A stretch of 64,000 nt of DNA from Callorhinchus milii (taxonomy: Eukaryota): NCBI RefSeq assembly GCF_018977255.1, contig NW_024704743.1:78680001-78744000 (forward strand). The letters are read 5' to 3'. Below, piece after piece: positions 13,222 through 25,430 of the stretch (positions are counted from its first letter, which is position 1; every line of letters begins with the position of its first letter). The notes under the pieces were generated by a model. It ran no database searches. It saw nothing but the letters and a program-made list of their open reading frames with translations, and was not told the origin of the DNA. The translations under genes and the position numbers were made by a program.

Positions 13222-13295
13222 CTTTTCAGCGCCTTGGGACGTCCTCCTGACGTGAAAGGCGCTTTATAAATGGAATCTTGTTGTTGTTGTTGTTG
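13222..13295 (+). mobile_element. Isolated L2 3' tail (type 1)
   Basis: CAGCGCCTTGGGACGTCCTCCTGACGTGAAAGGCGCTTTATAAATG plus (TTG)n. Confidence 0.8.
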
Positions 13296-13722
13296 TAATC
13301 AGTAGGTGCTCAAATTTGCCCCAGGTGAATGGAGGGGGGGTAAGGAAAAGAATGCATATTTCTCTTCCACCATCCCTGTTGGAAAGCATCTGGCATCTGT
13401 TCTCGATTCTTCCCCCATCCCACCCTCAGCTGTGACCCGCAACTCATCATCTGGGGAATTATAGGTCAATTTGTAACCCAACTACTTAACTGTGGCAACA
13501 TACAGGGTTTTCTTTTGGAGGGGCTGGGGGGAGAGATTTACCACCTCTTTGCTTTTATCTTATAAATTTCAGACCATGGCCAGGCAACAAGAAAGACATA
13601 TTGCAGATTCATCAGCACAGAAAGATGGGGTGTGGAATTCAATAATAATTCCTGTATTTGAATTAGCAGTGGCAAATGGAATCAGACTCAAACAAAGCAA
13701 GAAAGAAGAGGTTATTTATCAG

Positions 13723-14275
13723 TAACAACAACAACTCGGATTTATATAGCACCCTCCATGCCGGACAGCGTCTCAGAGCGCTTCACAGTAACGGATCCCG
13801 GGGCCGAGCCAGGGGAGGGGGAGGAAGGTGACCAAAAGCGCGGTTGAAAAGAAAGGTCTTCAGCAGAGACCTGAAAGTAGGAAGAGAAGGGGCGAGACGA
13901 AGGGAGTGAGGAAGGGAGTTCCAGAGCCTCGCAGTGTAGTGGCTGAAGGCACAGCTGCCGAGGGTGGAGCGGAGGATTCGGGGGACAAAGAGGAGGCCAG
14001 ACCCGGAGGAATGAAGGCAACGGGCACTGTTTTGAGGAGAGGAGGTCAGAGAGTCGGGGGGTGCAGAGGAGTGGAGGGACTTGAATACAAGGGTGAGGAT
14101 CTTGAAATCGATCCTCTCTGGGATAGGCAGCCAGTGCAGTCTGGCGAGGACTGGGGTAATCGGGGAGCGGAGTTTGGTGCGGGTGAGAATGCAGGCAGCA
14201 GAGGTTTGAATAATCTGGATTTTATGGATGGTAGTGGAGGGGAGGCCGGCGAGGAGGGCGTTTGAACAGTCCAGC
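13723..14275 (-). mobile_element. 5'-truncated L2 LINE (tail type 2)
   Basis: L2 ORF2 C-terminal sequence (CAGACTGCACTGGCTGCCT...ATCGATTTCAAGATCCTC); closely similar to 29612-30226. Confidence 0.88.
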
Positions 14276-16519
14276 CAAAAGGTGACACAATATTAAAATT
14301 GTGCATCTTCCAAGTAGATACAGATGCTGACAACTCTATCCAAACAGTGAATTTTAGGAGTAGCAAATTAACATGGCCTGTTGCCGAATTAATTTCTCTG
14401 CAGTTTTTATATGGTATCTCTATGTCTCGGGCTCCTTTCTAAATCATTCTGGCTATAAAACAGGATGAGTTTTATTGCATTAGGACCAGCTCCCAATATT
14501 GCAGATCTGTTTCTGGAAGTGCCTCCGAACTTGGCTCCCAGCACAAACTAGAAGTAGAGTACTGCAGTGCTACCAATCCTAAAATCAGCAGGTTATTAGC
14601 AGCCAACTGCATACAAGCCCAAGAGCAAGAATTGATTACGTGAAAAGGAAAAGATGAAATGCCCAAGTAAGAGCTGTGCCATTTCGCCCGCGCCATTTAC
14701 GTGACTTTAGCAGGAATGTTACTGTTTGTTTTAAGTACACGGATGACAAATATTCAGTCCACCAATTCTGCAGAAATCAACCTGAACCAATAGCACATCT
14801 CCTTCCTCGCCCGCCCCTTCTATAAGATATCTGCGGATTACAGACAGCTTTTTAAAAGGTATTTTTTTTAAAAGAGAGACAAGTGATCCTGTACCACCCT
14901 TCAATCTGGTGGAAAGAGCAGACGATGCTGTTAATCTCTCTATCTTTAGAAATGTCACTGACAGCTGGAAGCTGGTCAGCAGCATCCTGTGAGCATGTCA
15001 AGACCAGCAATGTGAGTGGGCAGAATCTCCCCTGCTCTTTTCGTCCCCCCACCCCCAGCCCACATACACTGCTGTTTAAATACTGCAGTGCTTCGTGCAG
15101 TTCAACTAGGGCATTAAACTGTAGTCCTGATCTTACAGAAGATATCTTATAGAAGGGTCCTGATCCCTGACTGTTCAGTGCCTTGGGACATCCTCTCGTC
15201 GTGAAAGGTGCTTTACAAATGTAATTTTGTTGCTTGTTACTGTTGAACTCAATCAATAAGTACCACACCAATCAATCCTAGACAGAAAGGAAAGTACAAA
15301 GTACACAGTCGGTGTGACTGGGCTTAAAAAGACCCACTTAACTTCAGTCCTCATAAATGAAACAAGAATAAGATTTTTTTTAAAAACTTTGAAAATATGA
15401 TGTATCAGTAAATTTCTTTAAAGCATGGGGGATGGAGGGCAGGGGTAAGGGAATTAAACAAAATATCTCATTAACATTTGAAAAATATAATAGGGCACAC
15501 ATATTAAACCCGTCTCCACATCGGGTTGTGCACCGTTTGCTGCTATTATGTTTTGAAACAAACAAATCCCAGAAATTTAACCCTGACTTACTGTAGTCAT
15601 GGGGACAAATGTTTGATTCCATGCTCCTAATGTGGCAAAAATAGCATTCTCTCATGGCCTTTACAGACCTGACTACTGACTTTCTAAATAAACCACAAGT
15701 CCATCATTCGTTTGAAACCACATTTGAAGATCGTTTCAAGCAACCACAAAAAAACTGCCGGCAATGTTTCATGCTTTCCTAATACCTGAATTTATATTTA
15801 TTACAAATTTATAACAAATTAAATGTCAGCCTGGCTCAGTTACTAGCGCTATGTCAGGACCGTGAACTCACATATTATCACTATTGCATCTTGGGCACAA
15901 ATTAAGAGTGTTCTCCATATCCACTCTCTGGGGGGGAAACAAAAATACCTTCTAATCTTTAGTTCCATTCAAGATCTTTTAATTTTAAACCTATGTTTAA
16001 CAGAGATTTCTGCTTTCATTTACTAACTCAAAACTCACTTCAACTTGCATTAGCTGTGCCTCATCATTTAAAAGATCTATATTCTTAAGCCTCCCCTCTA
16101 CCCAAACCACAATCTTTTTTGTAATCACAACTTCGGGTCACAAGCTTATCCTGAAAATTAGGTAATTAATGACTAACAGGTTGCCATGAAGGGTGTTTGA
16201 AACCAGGACACTGGACTTGTTTAATATGGAAGGATTAAAATCAAAAGGGATGAAGAACCTCCTTTATCTGGAACTTCTCATCATGCTGCAATCACCAGGG
16301 GATTCTCTTGGGTCCAAAAATTTAGAAAATGTGCACATAAACCAAAGTATCTGCTGCCATTTTCTTGCTTTACTCCAGTTCTCTCTAAATCCAAAGAATG
16401 AGATCCCTTATAGGCCAAAGCAGAAAAGATAACTTCACATGAAGTGTATTTTGAATAACAAAATAAGTTGTCTACTCACTGGTTTTTAGATAATGTATAA
16501 ATGTGTATTAAACGCTTAC

Positions 16520-16595
16520 ATTTGAGTTTCTAGACGACAAAGCCTCACAGGACAAAGTTTCTGTTGATTTGGCAATTTCGCAGACCACAAGACAG
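16520..16595 (-). CDS. Candidate 76-nt exon (-CLVVCEIAKSTETLSCEALSSRNSN)
   Basis: TGATTTTCAG| ... |GTAAGC. Confidence 0.35.
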
Positions 16596-16659
16596 CTGAA
16601 AATCATAGGAGTGTAACAGAGGGTTACATTTGTGGATTCAAAATCCATGAAAGGACTGA

Positions 16660-16990
16660 GCTCACAGCCTAGACTGACACACCAGTTCAGGGGGAAGTGC
16701 TGCATTGTTGGACGTGATGTGCTTCAGGTGAGACAATAAATCATGGGCACTTCTGCCTATTCAAGTAAACATTAAATATCGCATACCACTATTTGAAATT
16801 AAAAACGTTTTTCCCAGAGCATGGCCAACAATCCCCTGGTTGTTATCAATTTTGTGGCTTTTTGTAGGATGCCAATACATGCAAACTGGGTGTTGTGTTT
16901 GCCTACAACGGTGCACTTTCCACCAATTCCTGTGAAGCGCTTTGAGACATCGACAATGTGATAAAGTGGTATTTCAAATACAAAGATGAT
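16660..16990 (+). mobile_element. Old DeuSINE (SacSINE1/AmnSINE1-like) relic
   Basis: GACTGACACACCAGTTCAG...GTGCTGCATTGTTGGACGTG...GGTGAGAC...GGCCAACAATCCC...GTGAAGCGCTTTGAGAC follows the Deu-domain order (recalled consensus). Confidence 0.6.
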
Positions 16991-17009
16991 TACTCTTATA
17001 CTATATTGG

Positions 17010-17235
17010 TCGGTGAGTCAGTGACCAGAGGGCATCAATTTAAGAGTTACCAAACGCGCAGGGAGGTTAGGAAGATTTGTTTTCATGCAGTGAATAAGCA
17101 GTTTGAACATGGAATGTCCTGCAATGGGTGAGGCAGAATTCACATCAGCTTTCAAAAGGTAACTGGACGGATATCTAAAGATGAGTAAATTACAGGAGTA
17201 TTGAGATAAAGGAGGGTAAATGAATTGTAAGGATT
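17010..17235 (+). mobile_element. CR1 LINE 3' end fragment
   Basis: Degenerate translation TRGHQFK...REVRKICF...WNVL...AFKRxLDGYL matches the CR1 ORF2 C-terminus. Confidence 0.65.
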
Positions 17236-17267
17236 GCTCTTAAAAGGAATTTGTTGAATTGTACAAC

Positions 17268-17752
17268 AATAATAATCCTGCATTTGATATAGTGCCATAT
17301 CACGACTTCGAGATGTTTCAAAGAGTTTTACAGATCATACTGTAAAATGAATTGACTATATTTTGTGGACGAAACATAATAATAATCCTAGCATTTGATA
17401 TAGCCCTTTTCACGTCAGGAGGACGTCCCAAAGCGCTTCACAGAACACACTGTAAAGTGAATTGACTATATATTTGTGGGCGAACGCGGCAGCCAATTAC
17501 GCACAGCAATGTCCCACAAACAGTCGCAGATTAAAAATGACCAATTTATTATTGTTTTTGGTTTTGGAGGGATTATTATTAGGTGTGTGGAGTAAGGAAA
17601 CTTGCCCGAGGTTTCGCCCTGCCTGGAATTGAATCCAGGTCTCTCACTTGCAAAGCGAGTGCTCTAACCACCGAGCTACAGGACTCCATGTCAGCCAATT
17701 GCACACAGCAGGGTCCAACAAACAGTTGTAGATTAAGTGACCAATTTATTAT
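17268..17752 (-). mobile_element. SINE cluster: tail fragment (17268-17375), full short-variant SINE with L2 tail type 1 (17376-17686), body fragment (17690-17752)
   Basis: Reverse-complement head GAGTCCTGTAGCTCGGTGGTTAGAGCAC...GGATTCAATTCC; tail TTGGGACGTCCTCCTGACGTGAAAAGG. Confidence 0.88.
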
Positions 17753-18684
17753 TCTAGAATATAATTTAAAAATAAAGTTTTTGGAAACCATGTGATTTGA
17801 CAAGCACGTCTTCAAGGCACCATCTCGTACTTTCAGAAAGAACATTAAGTGCCGAAAGATTTGAAACAGCAAAAAATCTCAAACACACAAGGTTTGTGCA
17901 ATCATCAGTGTTATTTTATACCCAATACAACAAAGGTTCAAGGTTATGACTCCAGGCTACAGGGAGAAACATTTATTGAGTTTTATTTTTGTAGTGTAAT
18001 TGAGCGATCCTGAGATTGCCCCCAAATGATTATGCAGTTAGAACTCTTATAACCAGACTTTAGTTTCTCTTGCTCCCCCCCACCCCAACCAACCCAGTCC
18101 TCCAGGATAGTCTCGGACCAAGGTCGAAAAACTAAGAGGATAATATCAACCTATCAGTTACTGCAGTGGACAACAAAGTACATCGAAGGTCTAATAATTT
18201 AATAGATGTTTAATAGAAATATTTGTTAGAATAAATCTTAAAATGTTGTTAAGTGTATACAAGCCCTAAGGCTAATGGTCCAATGGACAGATGGTCAACA
18301 TTCCAACAGACATATCCACAAAGGATCTGAAATGTCCAATAAGACACTGATACGCTTAAAAACAGAATATTGTGCTGACCTACTACATCACTGACAGATT
18401 GTTTTCCACTATGCATTTTACCACTAGGCAATGGAATATGAACAACAACAAAATTACATTTGTATAGCATTAGTTTCATGGACTTTTGAGGAACAGGTCT
18501 TGTTCCATCTGATAGTTCAATGTGGTTTCCAAAAGTAGTTAATTATTTGGGCCAAGGAGCAGGATTTCTTTACTGTTTTCAGAGGATTGGTTCGGCATTT
18601 ATATACAAAAAACCTCACATAAGTTGTATCAGTTGGGATCATATATTTAATGACTTATGCAAAGTATGAACTATGTCATACTTT

Positions 18685-20569
18685 AGCTCCTCCTACTCCA
18701 AGGTTATCTTGGAGGCAAAGGACAACCCCAGGCTTCTCTTTTCCACCACAAACCGTCACCTTTGTCCACCTTCCCACGCCTCACCCATCCTCTCCTCAAA
18801 CTCCAACTGTGAGGAGATACTGGACTTCCTCGAATCCAAAATCGAGGGGATAAGTTCAGCCACCTCTGCCCCATCCACTGCCACCCCCACATCACCTCTC
18901 CCTCACGACCCACCCCCCCATCCTATACTCCTTCAACCCCATCTCTCCCTCCTCCCTCACCGTCATTGTTCAGAAACTTAAACCCACTACCTGCTCACTC
19001 GATCCCATCCCCACCTCTCTCCTCATCTCCCAGCTCCACCTTCTGGCTCCTCTCCTGTCCGACGCCATCAACCTCTCCTTGTCTACCAGTTCAGTTACCA
19101 CCCCTCTAAAAACAGCCGTCATCACCCCCATCCTGAAAAAATCTTCCCTGGACCCATCCCTCCTCTCCAGCTACCGCCCCATCTCTAACCTCCCATTCCA
19201 CTTGAAGGTCCAGGAACAAGTCGTCGCATCCCAGCTCCGCTCCTTTCTCTCTCGCCATTCCCCCTTTGAACCCCTCCAATCCGGCTTCCGCGCTGCCCAC
19301 AGCACGGAAACAGCCCTGGTCAAAGTCATTAATGACATTCTGAACAACTGTGATCCGGGCTCCCTCTGCCTCCTTGTTCTCCTCGACCTCTCTGCTGCCT
19401 TCGACACTGTCAACCACTCCTTCCTCATACATCGCCTCTCCTCTTTACTTAATCTTCGCAGACCTGCCCTTGCCTGGTTCGATTCCTATCTCTCTCACCG
19501 TCTCCACTTTGTTGCCTCTAACGGCTTCTCATCCAGCTCCCACACTGTCACGTCAAGGGTCCCCCAGGGCTCTGTCCTTGGCCATCTCCTCTTTAATATC
19601 TACATGCTCCCCCTTGGTGACATTATCCATAGACATGGGGTCAACTTCCACATGTGTGCGGATGAAACCCAACTCTATCTTTCTGTCTCCACCCTCAACT
19701 CCAGGACCACTGCTATCCTGACAAGTCCTGGATGAGGGCAAATTTCCTACAGCTGAATGTGAACAAGACTGAGGCCCTCCTGATTGGCTCACGTCAGCTC
19801 CTCAGCACCTCAGGCTCTGGCAACATCAACCTCCATGGTTGCTCACTACAACTCACCAAACCAGTCAGGAACCTCGGTGTCTTGTTCGACCCTCAACTGT
19901 CTTTTCTCCTCCACATCCAAGCCATGACCCGCTCTGCCTTCCCTCACCTCCATAATATCGCCCGACCGCCACTACCTCACCCCTCAGGCCCCTGAAACTC
20001 TTGTTCATACCTTCATCACATCCAGCCTCGACTATGCAAACGCCCTGCTTGTCGGCCATCCCAACTCCTGCCTCCACAGACTGCAGATAATCCAGAACTC
20101 TGCAGCCCGTGTCCTCTCCCGCACCAAACTCCGCGACCCCATCTCCCTCACTCTCGCCCGACTCCAATGGTTCTCTATCCTTCAGAGGATCCAGTTCAAG
20201 ATCCTGGTCGTCACCTACAAAGCCCTCCATGGCCTCACCCCACCTTACCTCTGCGACCTCCTAACCCCCTACCAACCCGCCTGTTCCCTCCGCTCAGCCA
20301 GCTCCGGCCTGCTCCATATTCCCCCAACCCACACACCCCACTATTGGCGGGAGAGCCTTCAGCCAATTTGCCCCCAACCTCTGGAATTCCATCCCCCAAT
20401 CACTCCGCCTCACCCCCTCCTTAACCTCCTGCCTCAAAACCCTCCTCTTCAACCATGCCATCAGTCACCTCCCTTCCCTCTCCCTGACCCCAGCTCGTAT
20501 CTGAAATGCTGTACACGTCCTCCCGACGTGAAAGGTGTTATACAAATGTAATCTTGTTGTTGTTGTTGT
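18685..20569 (+). mobile_element. L2 LINE, about 1.9 kb, reverse-transcriptase domain to 3' tail; inactive
   Basis: ORF 19079-19735: YRPISNLPF, QSGFRAAHSTETAL, LLDLSAAFDTV, VPQGSVLG, CADETQLY (YADD altered); frameshift before MRANFLQLN; (TTG)n tail. Confidence 0.95.
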
Positions 20570-22756
20570 ATGTAACACTTGCATAGATTATAAACTCTTG
20601 AACGGGATTTGGAGATGTGTACGATTTAGGCGATTTATATAGATCAGCCTTACACAAGTTTCACTGGACTATATAATGTGTTAACATGGCTGAGTTGGCA
20701 GCATTTTTCTGCCAGGTTGACCTACACAGAAAACACTTACCGCAGTTTACAGTAAATTCTATGAACCGGTTTAAGAAGTTAAAGGATTGAACCCTCCTGC
20801 AAACTCCCAACTTAAATGGTTCTTCAATGTGTGCAGGCTTAAAATATTCAATTTTATATTCAAAAAATATTAAAACAAGAGAACCTTTAAAGGATAAATC
20901 AGCTTATCACAATTTTAAAAACAATAAATATTCACATCAATGAATATTAGACAGTATTGAATTCTTTTAGTTAACTGTTTTGACAAGACATCTAATGTCA
21001 AGTATGACATTAGGTGTCAAGTTTTTACAGGACACCAGGACAAGTACATATAATGTCAAAACAATCTTCATATTTCAGAGCAAACACACACGTTTGCTTT
21101 CCAAAAGTCAATCATCAAGTATGGCAATTTGAAATTTAACACACTTTGATTTCTTCTCTTTTCTTGAAGTCTTCCCACCGATTCTAATTTCAACTCAGGG
21201 CCACCTCACCACCCATCAATGGCTTCTCTCAACAATGGGCATTTGCCTGTGTCCCTCTTGATGTCGACATTCTTCTCAATCACAGCCTGCTGGTGCTTTA
21301 AAGCTCTGGCCACTCCACCACGCGATTCAAGGTTATTTAGTATGAATATGTCACTCAATAAAACCAGGTTGGAAGAAAAACAGTTATCTTAGGACGTTGC
21401 TCAATTTTAATCTCCTTCCTCTTCATGGTTTTTAAACTGACAATGGAACAACTGTGCACAAAGAAATCGTGTTTCCTCTTTAATCTGAGCATGAAGCATT
21501 GAGGCATTCTTTTCTACAACAGGATGTTTCTCTACCTAGTGATCTGGGTTTTCAATTTGAGTTTCTGTGCATTCTAGTTTTTTTTGTGCAAAATGCATTT
21601 GTGAATCATTTAAGCTTTTCAATCATGTAGGAGATGCACTCCATTTCTTAAAAAAGGGAAATAAATTGGCTGATTTTTTTGCAGATCAATGATTCTGCTA
21701 ACTAGGGAATACTGTGTAATGAGGAACAGCTATATCCAGAAACTTAGGTTATGGTCTTTACAGAATTAGCACAGAAAACACAGAACTACTGCAGCTGGTA
21801 AGGCACAAGACTCCATACAAAACGTAACATCTGAACTCGAAAATTACCAGAAAATACTCAATATTGTTAAAATGTTATCTGTGTGTAAAGGGAGCAGGAA
21901 GCTAGATTTATATTTCCTGTGCTATATTGCATCAGGGCTGTAAACGAACCCAAAGACCCAATTTTCAGGTTTTGCTTATGTGAAATCAAGCTTCAGCTTT
22001 AATGATTAACCAACTCTTGAAAGCTGTTCAATCAATCGACAACCCAGGAACTTTCACAGACATGAGGGAGTGAGCCCAGTGCAATTTGCACCTGCCAACT
22101 TTTATACTGCAGCTGGTGTGAATCTCATGACTTGTGAAACTACCTCCCCCAGGTGGTGTCAATTGTGGAGCTCCTGTTCAATTCACTTTAATGGCAAATC
22201 ACTGCCCAACAGACAATATAAACAAATGCAGCTTTACATCTCACATTTGTTGCGATTTACCACTTGCGTATTTAATGTCACACTTCATCTCAACTCTGGG
22301 TTGAAGCACGCTTAAAGAATCCGTTTCATTAAGGAGTAGCTACCCCAGGTTTTTATGTATGTCAGTTAAACAGTATTCATAGTAAACAGCAATAGACTCG
22401 TGAGTGGGGAACATAATGAATGAAATGCTCCTGGGACCTGAATTCTCAACAGCTGGAATCCTTGCAATGAGAATTGTTGGGAACATTTCTGCAGCATTAG
22501 CTAAAATTATTTACGATTGCAGCCTCTGTCCAAAGGATGCATTCCCAAATTGAACACTGCTTTACATAAACTGTAACTTGATCATGAGTGGAACAATTAC
22601 TGCATGTAATATATTATAGATGGCTATCGATTCCATGCAGTAAGACATTAGTGATTTGGAATTTGTGCAACTTCCCCCATATCAACTTCTCACATCCCCT
22701 TAGGAAGGGCGAGCACAGCCAATTGGTGTTTGTATATCTCCACAATACTCACTCAA

Positions 22757-22820
22757 TTCTTCCTCTGGTTAGCAGACAGCCATGAAAGTTCTTCCTCTGG
22801 TTAGCAGAAAGGCATGAAAG
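22757..22820 (+). repeat. 32-bp tandem duplication
   Basis: TTCTTCCTCTGGTTAGCAGA(C/A)AG(C/G)CATGAAAG x2. Confidence 0.9.
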
Positions 22821-23307
22821 TGCTGACAATGTACTTGTCCTCTTCGTAATGTAGCAGACACGATTTGTGTTGGCAGGTTGCCTTTTTCCAGTTTCTCCAA
22901 CTTGTTTATCTGCCTTTCATAAGGATTCCCACATCAATGGATGTGCAATAAAGTAATGCTTCTTCCTTAGGTTTTTCACCTTCATGCAAGCTATCATCTT
23001 TGGCTGAACTGCTCTATACTGATTGAAAGAAAATAGCCCCCAACTCTGAGCTGCACTTGCCACCAACACAATTATCTGGGTGCAAAAAGCACAAGAGATC
23101 TTTTTAAAATTTAAGTTCAAATGCATCTTTCTTACAGTGATGAAAAAATTAATTTGAAAAAGTAGTTGTACAAAACTGCAGGCAAGAAAGGATGTACTTC
23201 AACATGTGTACCCCAATCCCTGAATGAATAACAGATGGCTGTATGGTTCTTCCAACATAGTCTGCATTGACCAGATTTGTCCCAGGTTGTCACATCATTT
23301 TCAGTTC

Positions 23308-25430
23308 AACAAAAACTACAACATTTACAAATTACATTTATGGAGCACTTTTCACGTCAGGAGGACGTCCCAAGGCGCTGGACAGTCAGGGATCAGGACC
23401 CGAGCATGGGGGAGGGGTGGGTTATGGGTGAGGGAAGGCAGAGAGGTGGGAGGGCGACCAAAGGCACGATCGAAGAGGAGGGTCTTGAGACCGGCCTTGA
23501 AGGAGACAAGGGAGGAAGCGAGGCAAAGGGACTGTGGAATGGAGTTCCAGAGTGGGGGGGCAGAGAGGCTGAAAGGTCGGCCACCGATGGTAGGGCGGGT
23601 CGGGCGGGAGGCATGGAGCAGGCCGGAGCCCACTGAACAGAGGTTGGTAGGGAATCAGCAGGTCAGAGAGGTAGGAGGGGGCAAAGCCATGGTTGGCCTT
23701 GAAAGTGAGGATGAGGATCTTGAACTCAGTCCTCTGGGGGATGGGGAGCCAGTGGAGTTGGGCGAGGGTGTGAGTGATGGGGTCACGGAGTCTGGTGGTG
23801 AGAGTACACGAGCTGCAGAGTTTTGGATGATCTGCAGCTTGCGGAGAGTTGGGAAGGCCAATGAGGAGGGAATTTCCATAATCGAGCCTTGAGGTGACGA
23901 ATGCGTAGGTGAGGATTTCGGCAGCCTGAGGAGTGAGGCAATGGCGCTGTCTGGCAATGGTGTGGAGGTGGTGGTAGGCAGTGCCGGTCATGGCGCGGAT
24001 GTGAGGGAGAAGCCAGTTCAGGGTGAAACAAGACACCCAGGTTCCTGACTGGCTTAGTGAGGTTGAGTGTGCAGCTGTGGAGGCTGACTCTGCCACCACC
24101 CGAGGTGAGGAGGTGCTGGCGCGAGCCAATCAGGAAGGCCTCGGTCTTGCTGACATTCAGCTGGAGAAAATTGTCCCTCATCCAGGGCTTGATGTCGGAC
24201 AGGCAGTCGGTCAGGACGCCAGTAGTCCTGGGGTTGAGGCAGAGAGATAGAGTTGGGTGTCATCTGCATATTGTGGAAATTTATCCTATGTCTGCAGATG
24301 ATGTCACCAAGGGGGAGCATGTAGAGGGTGAAGAAGAGGGACCGAGGACAGAGCCCTGAGGAACACCGCATGAGATGGCGCGGGGGCTGGAGGAGAAGCC
24401 GTTTACCGCAATGAAGTGGAGACGATGTGAAAGGTAGGACCTGAACCAGTCAAGGACAGAACCTTGAAGGTTGAGTTGGGAGGAGAAGCAGTGGGGGAGG
24501 ATTGAATGATCCAGTGTCAAAAGCGGCGGAGAGGTCGAGGAGGACGAGGAGGCAGAGGGAGCCCTGGTCACACATAGTCAGGATGTAATTTGTGAACTCG
24601 ACCAAAGCAGTTTCGGTGCTGTTGGCAGCACAAAAACCCAATTGGAGGAGTTCATGGAGGGAGTGAGAAGGAGAGGAAAGAGCAAAGCTGGGAGGCAACG
24701 GCTCTCTCAAGGACCTTAGGCAGAAAGGTGAAGTTGGAGATGGGTCGGTAGCTGGATAGCTGTGATGGGTCAAGGGAAGGTTTCTTCAAGGTGTGGGTGA
24801 TAGTGGCTGTTTTGAGGAGGGTAGGAACAGTGCCAGATGACAGGGAGAGGTTGATGATGTTGGTGAGTAGTGGGGCAAGGAGGTGGAGCTGGGATTTAAG
24901 GAGAGGGGTGGGGATGGGGTCCAGGAAGCAGGTGGTGGGCTTCATGGAGGATATGGTGGTGATGACAGCTGAGCGGATTCCCTGGATTTTGGACTCGAGG
25001 AAGTCCAGCATTTTCTCGCAGTGGGAGTCAGAGGAAAGAATCTGCGAGGCGTGGCGGGAAGGGCAGAGGAGTCAGTTTGTGGTGGAGAACTGGAGCCTTG
25101 GCTGCCCTTCGCCTCCAGGATTAACCTGGAATAGAAGGATGATTTGGCCGAGGCGAGAGCGGAGTGGTAAGTTTTAATGAGGTCCAGCCAGATGTGCCGG
25201 TGGCAGGATTTGAGCCAAGTGCATTCGGCAGCCCGCAATTGGCCCTTGAGCGAGCGGAGGTGGCTGGTGAAGTAGGGTGAGGATCGGGAATAGGAGGCAG
25301 TTCAGGAGGTGAGGGGGACAAGGGCGTTGAGTGTGGTGGAGAGGGTGCTGTGGTAGAGAGTAAACGCGGAGGATGGGTTGGTGCGGGACTATGACTAGGT
25401 CCAGGCTTCCAAGGAGAAAACAGTGATGAC
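23308..25430 (-). mobile_element. L2 LINE, about 2.1 kb, RT domain to 3' tail type 1; frameshifted
   Basis: YRPISNFTFLPKVLE, STETAL, LLDLSAAFDT, GVPQGSVLGP, MRDNFLQLNVSKTE, LHWLPIPQRTEFKIL, LWNSIPQSL in successive minus frames. Confidence 0.95.

Noticed and set aside
19079..19735. Intact reverse transcriptase gene
   Set aside because: 5'-truncated L2 with no endonuclease domain, catalytic YADD changed to CADE, and frameshifts on both sides.
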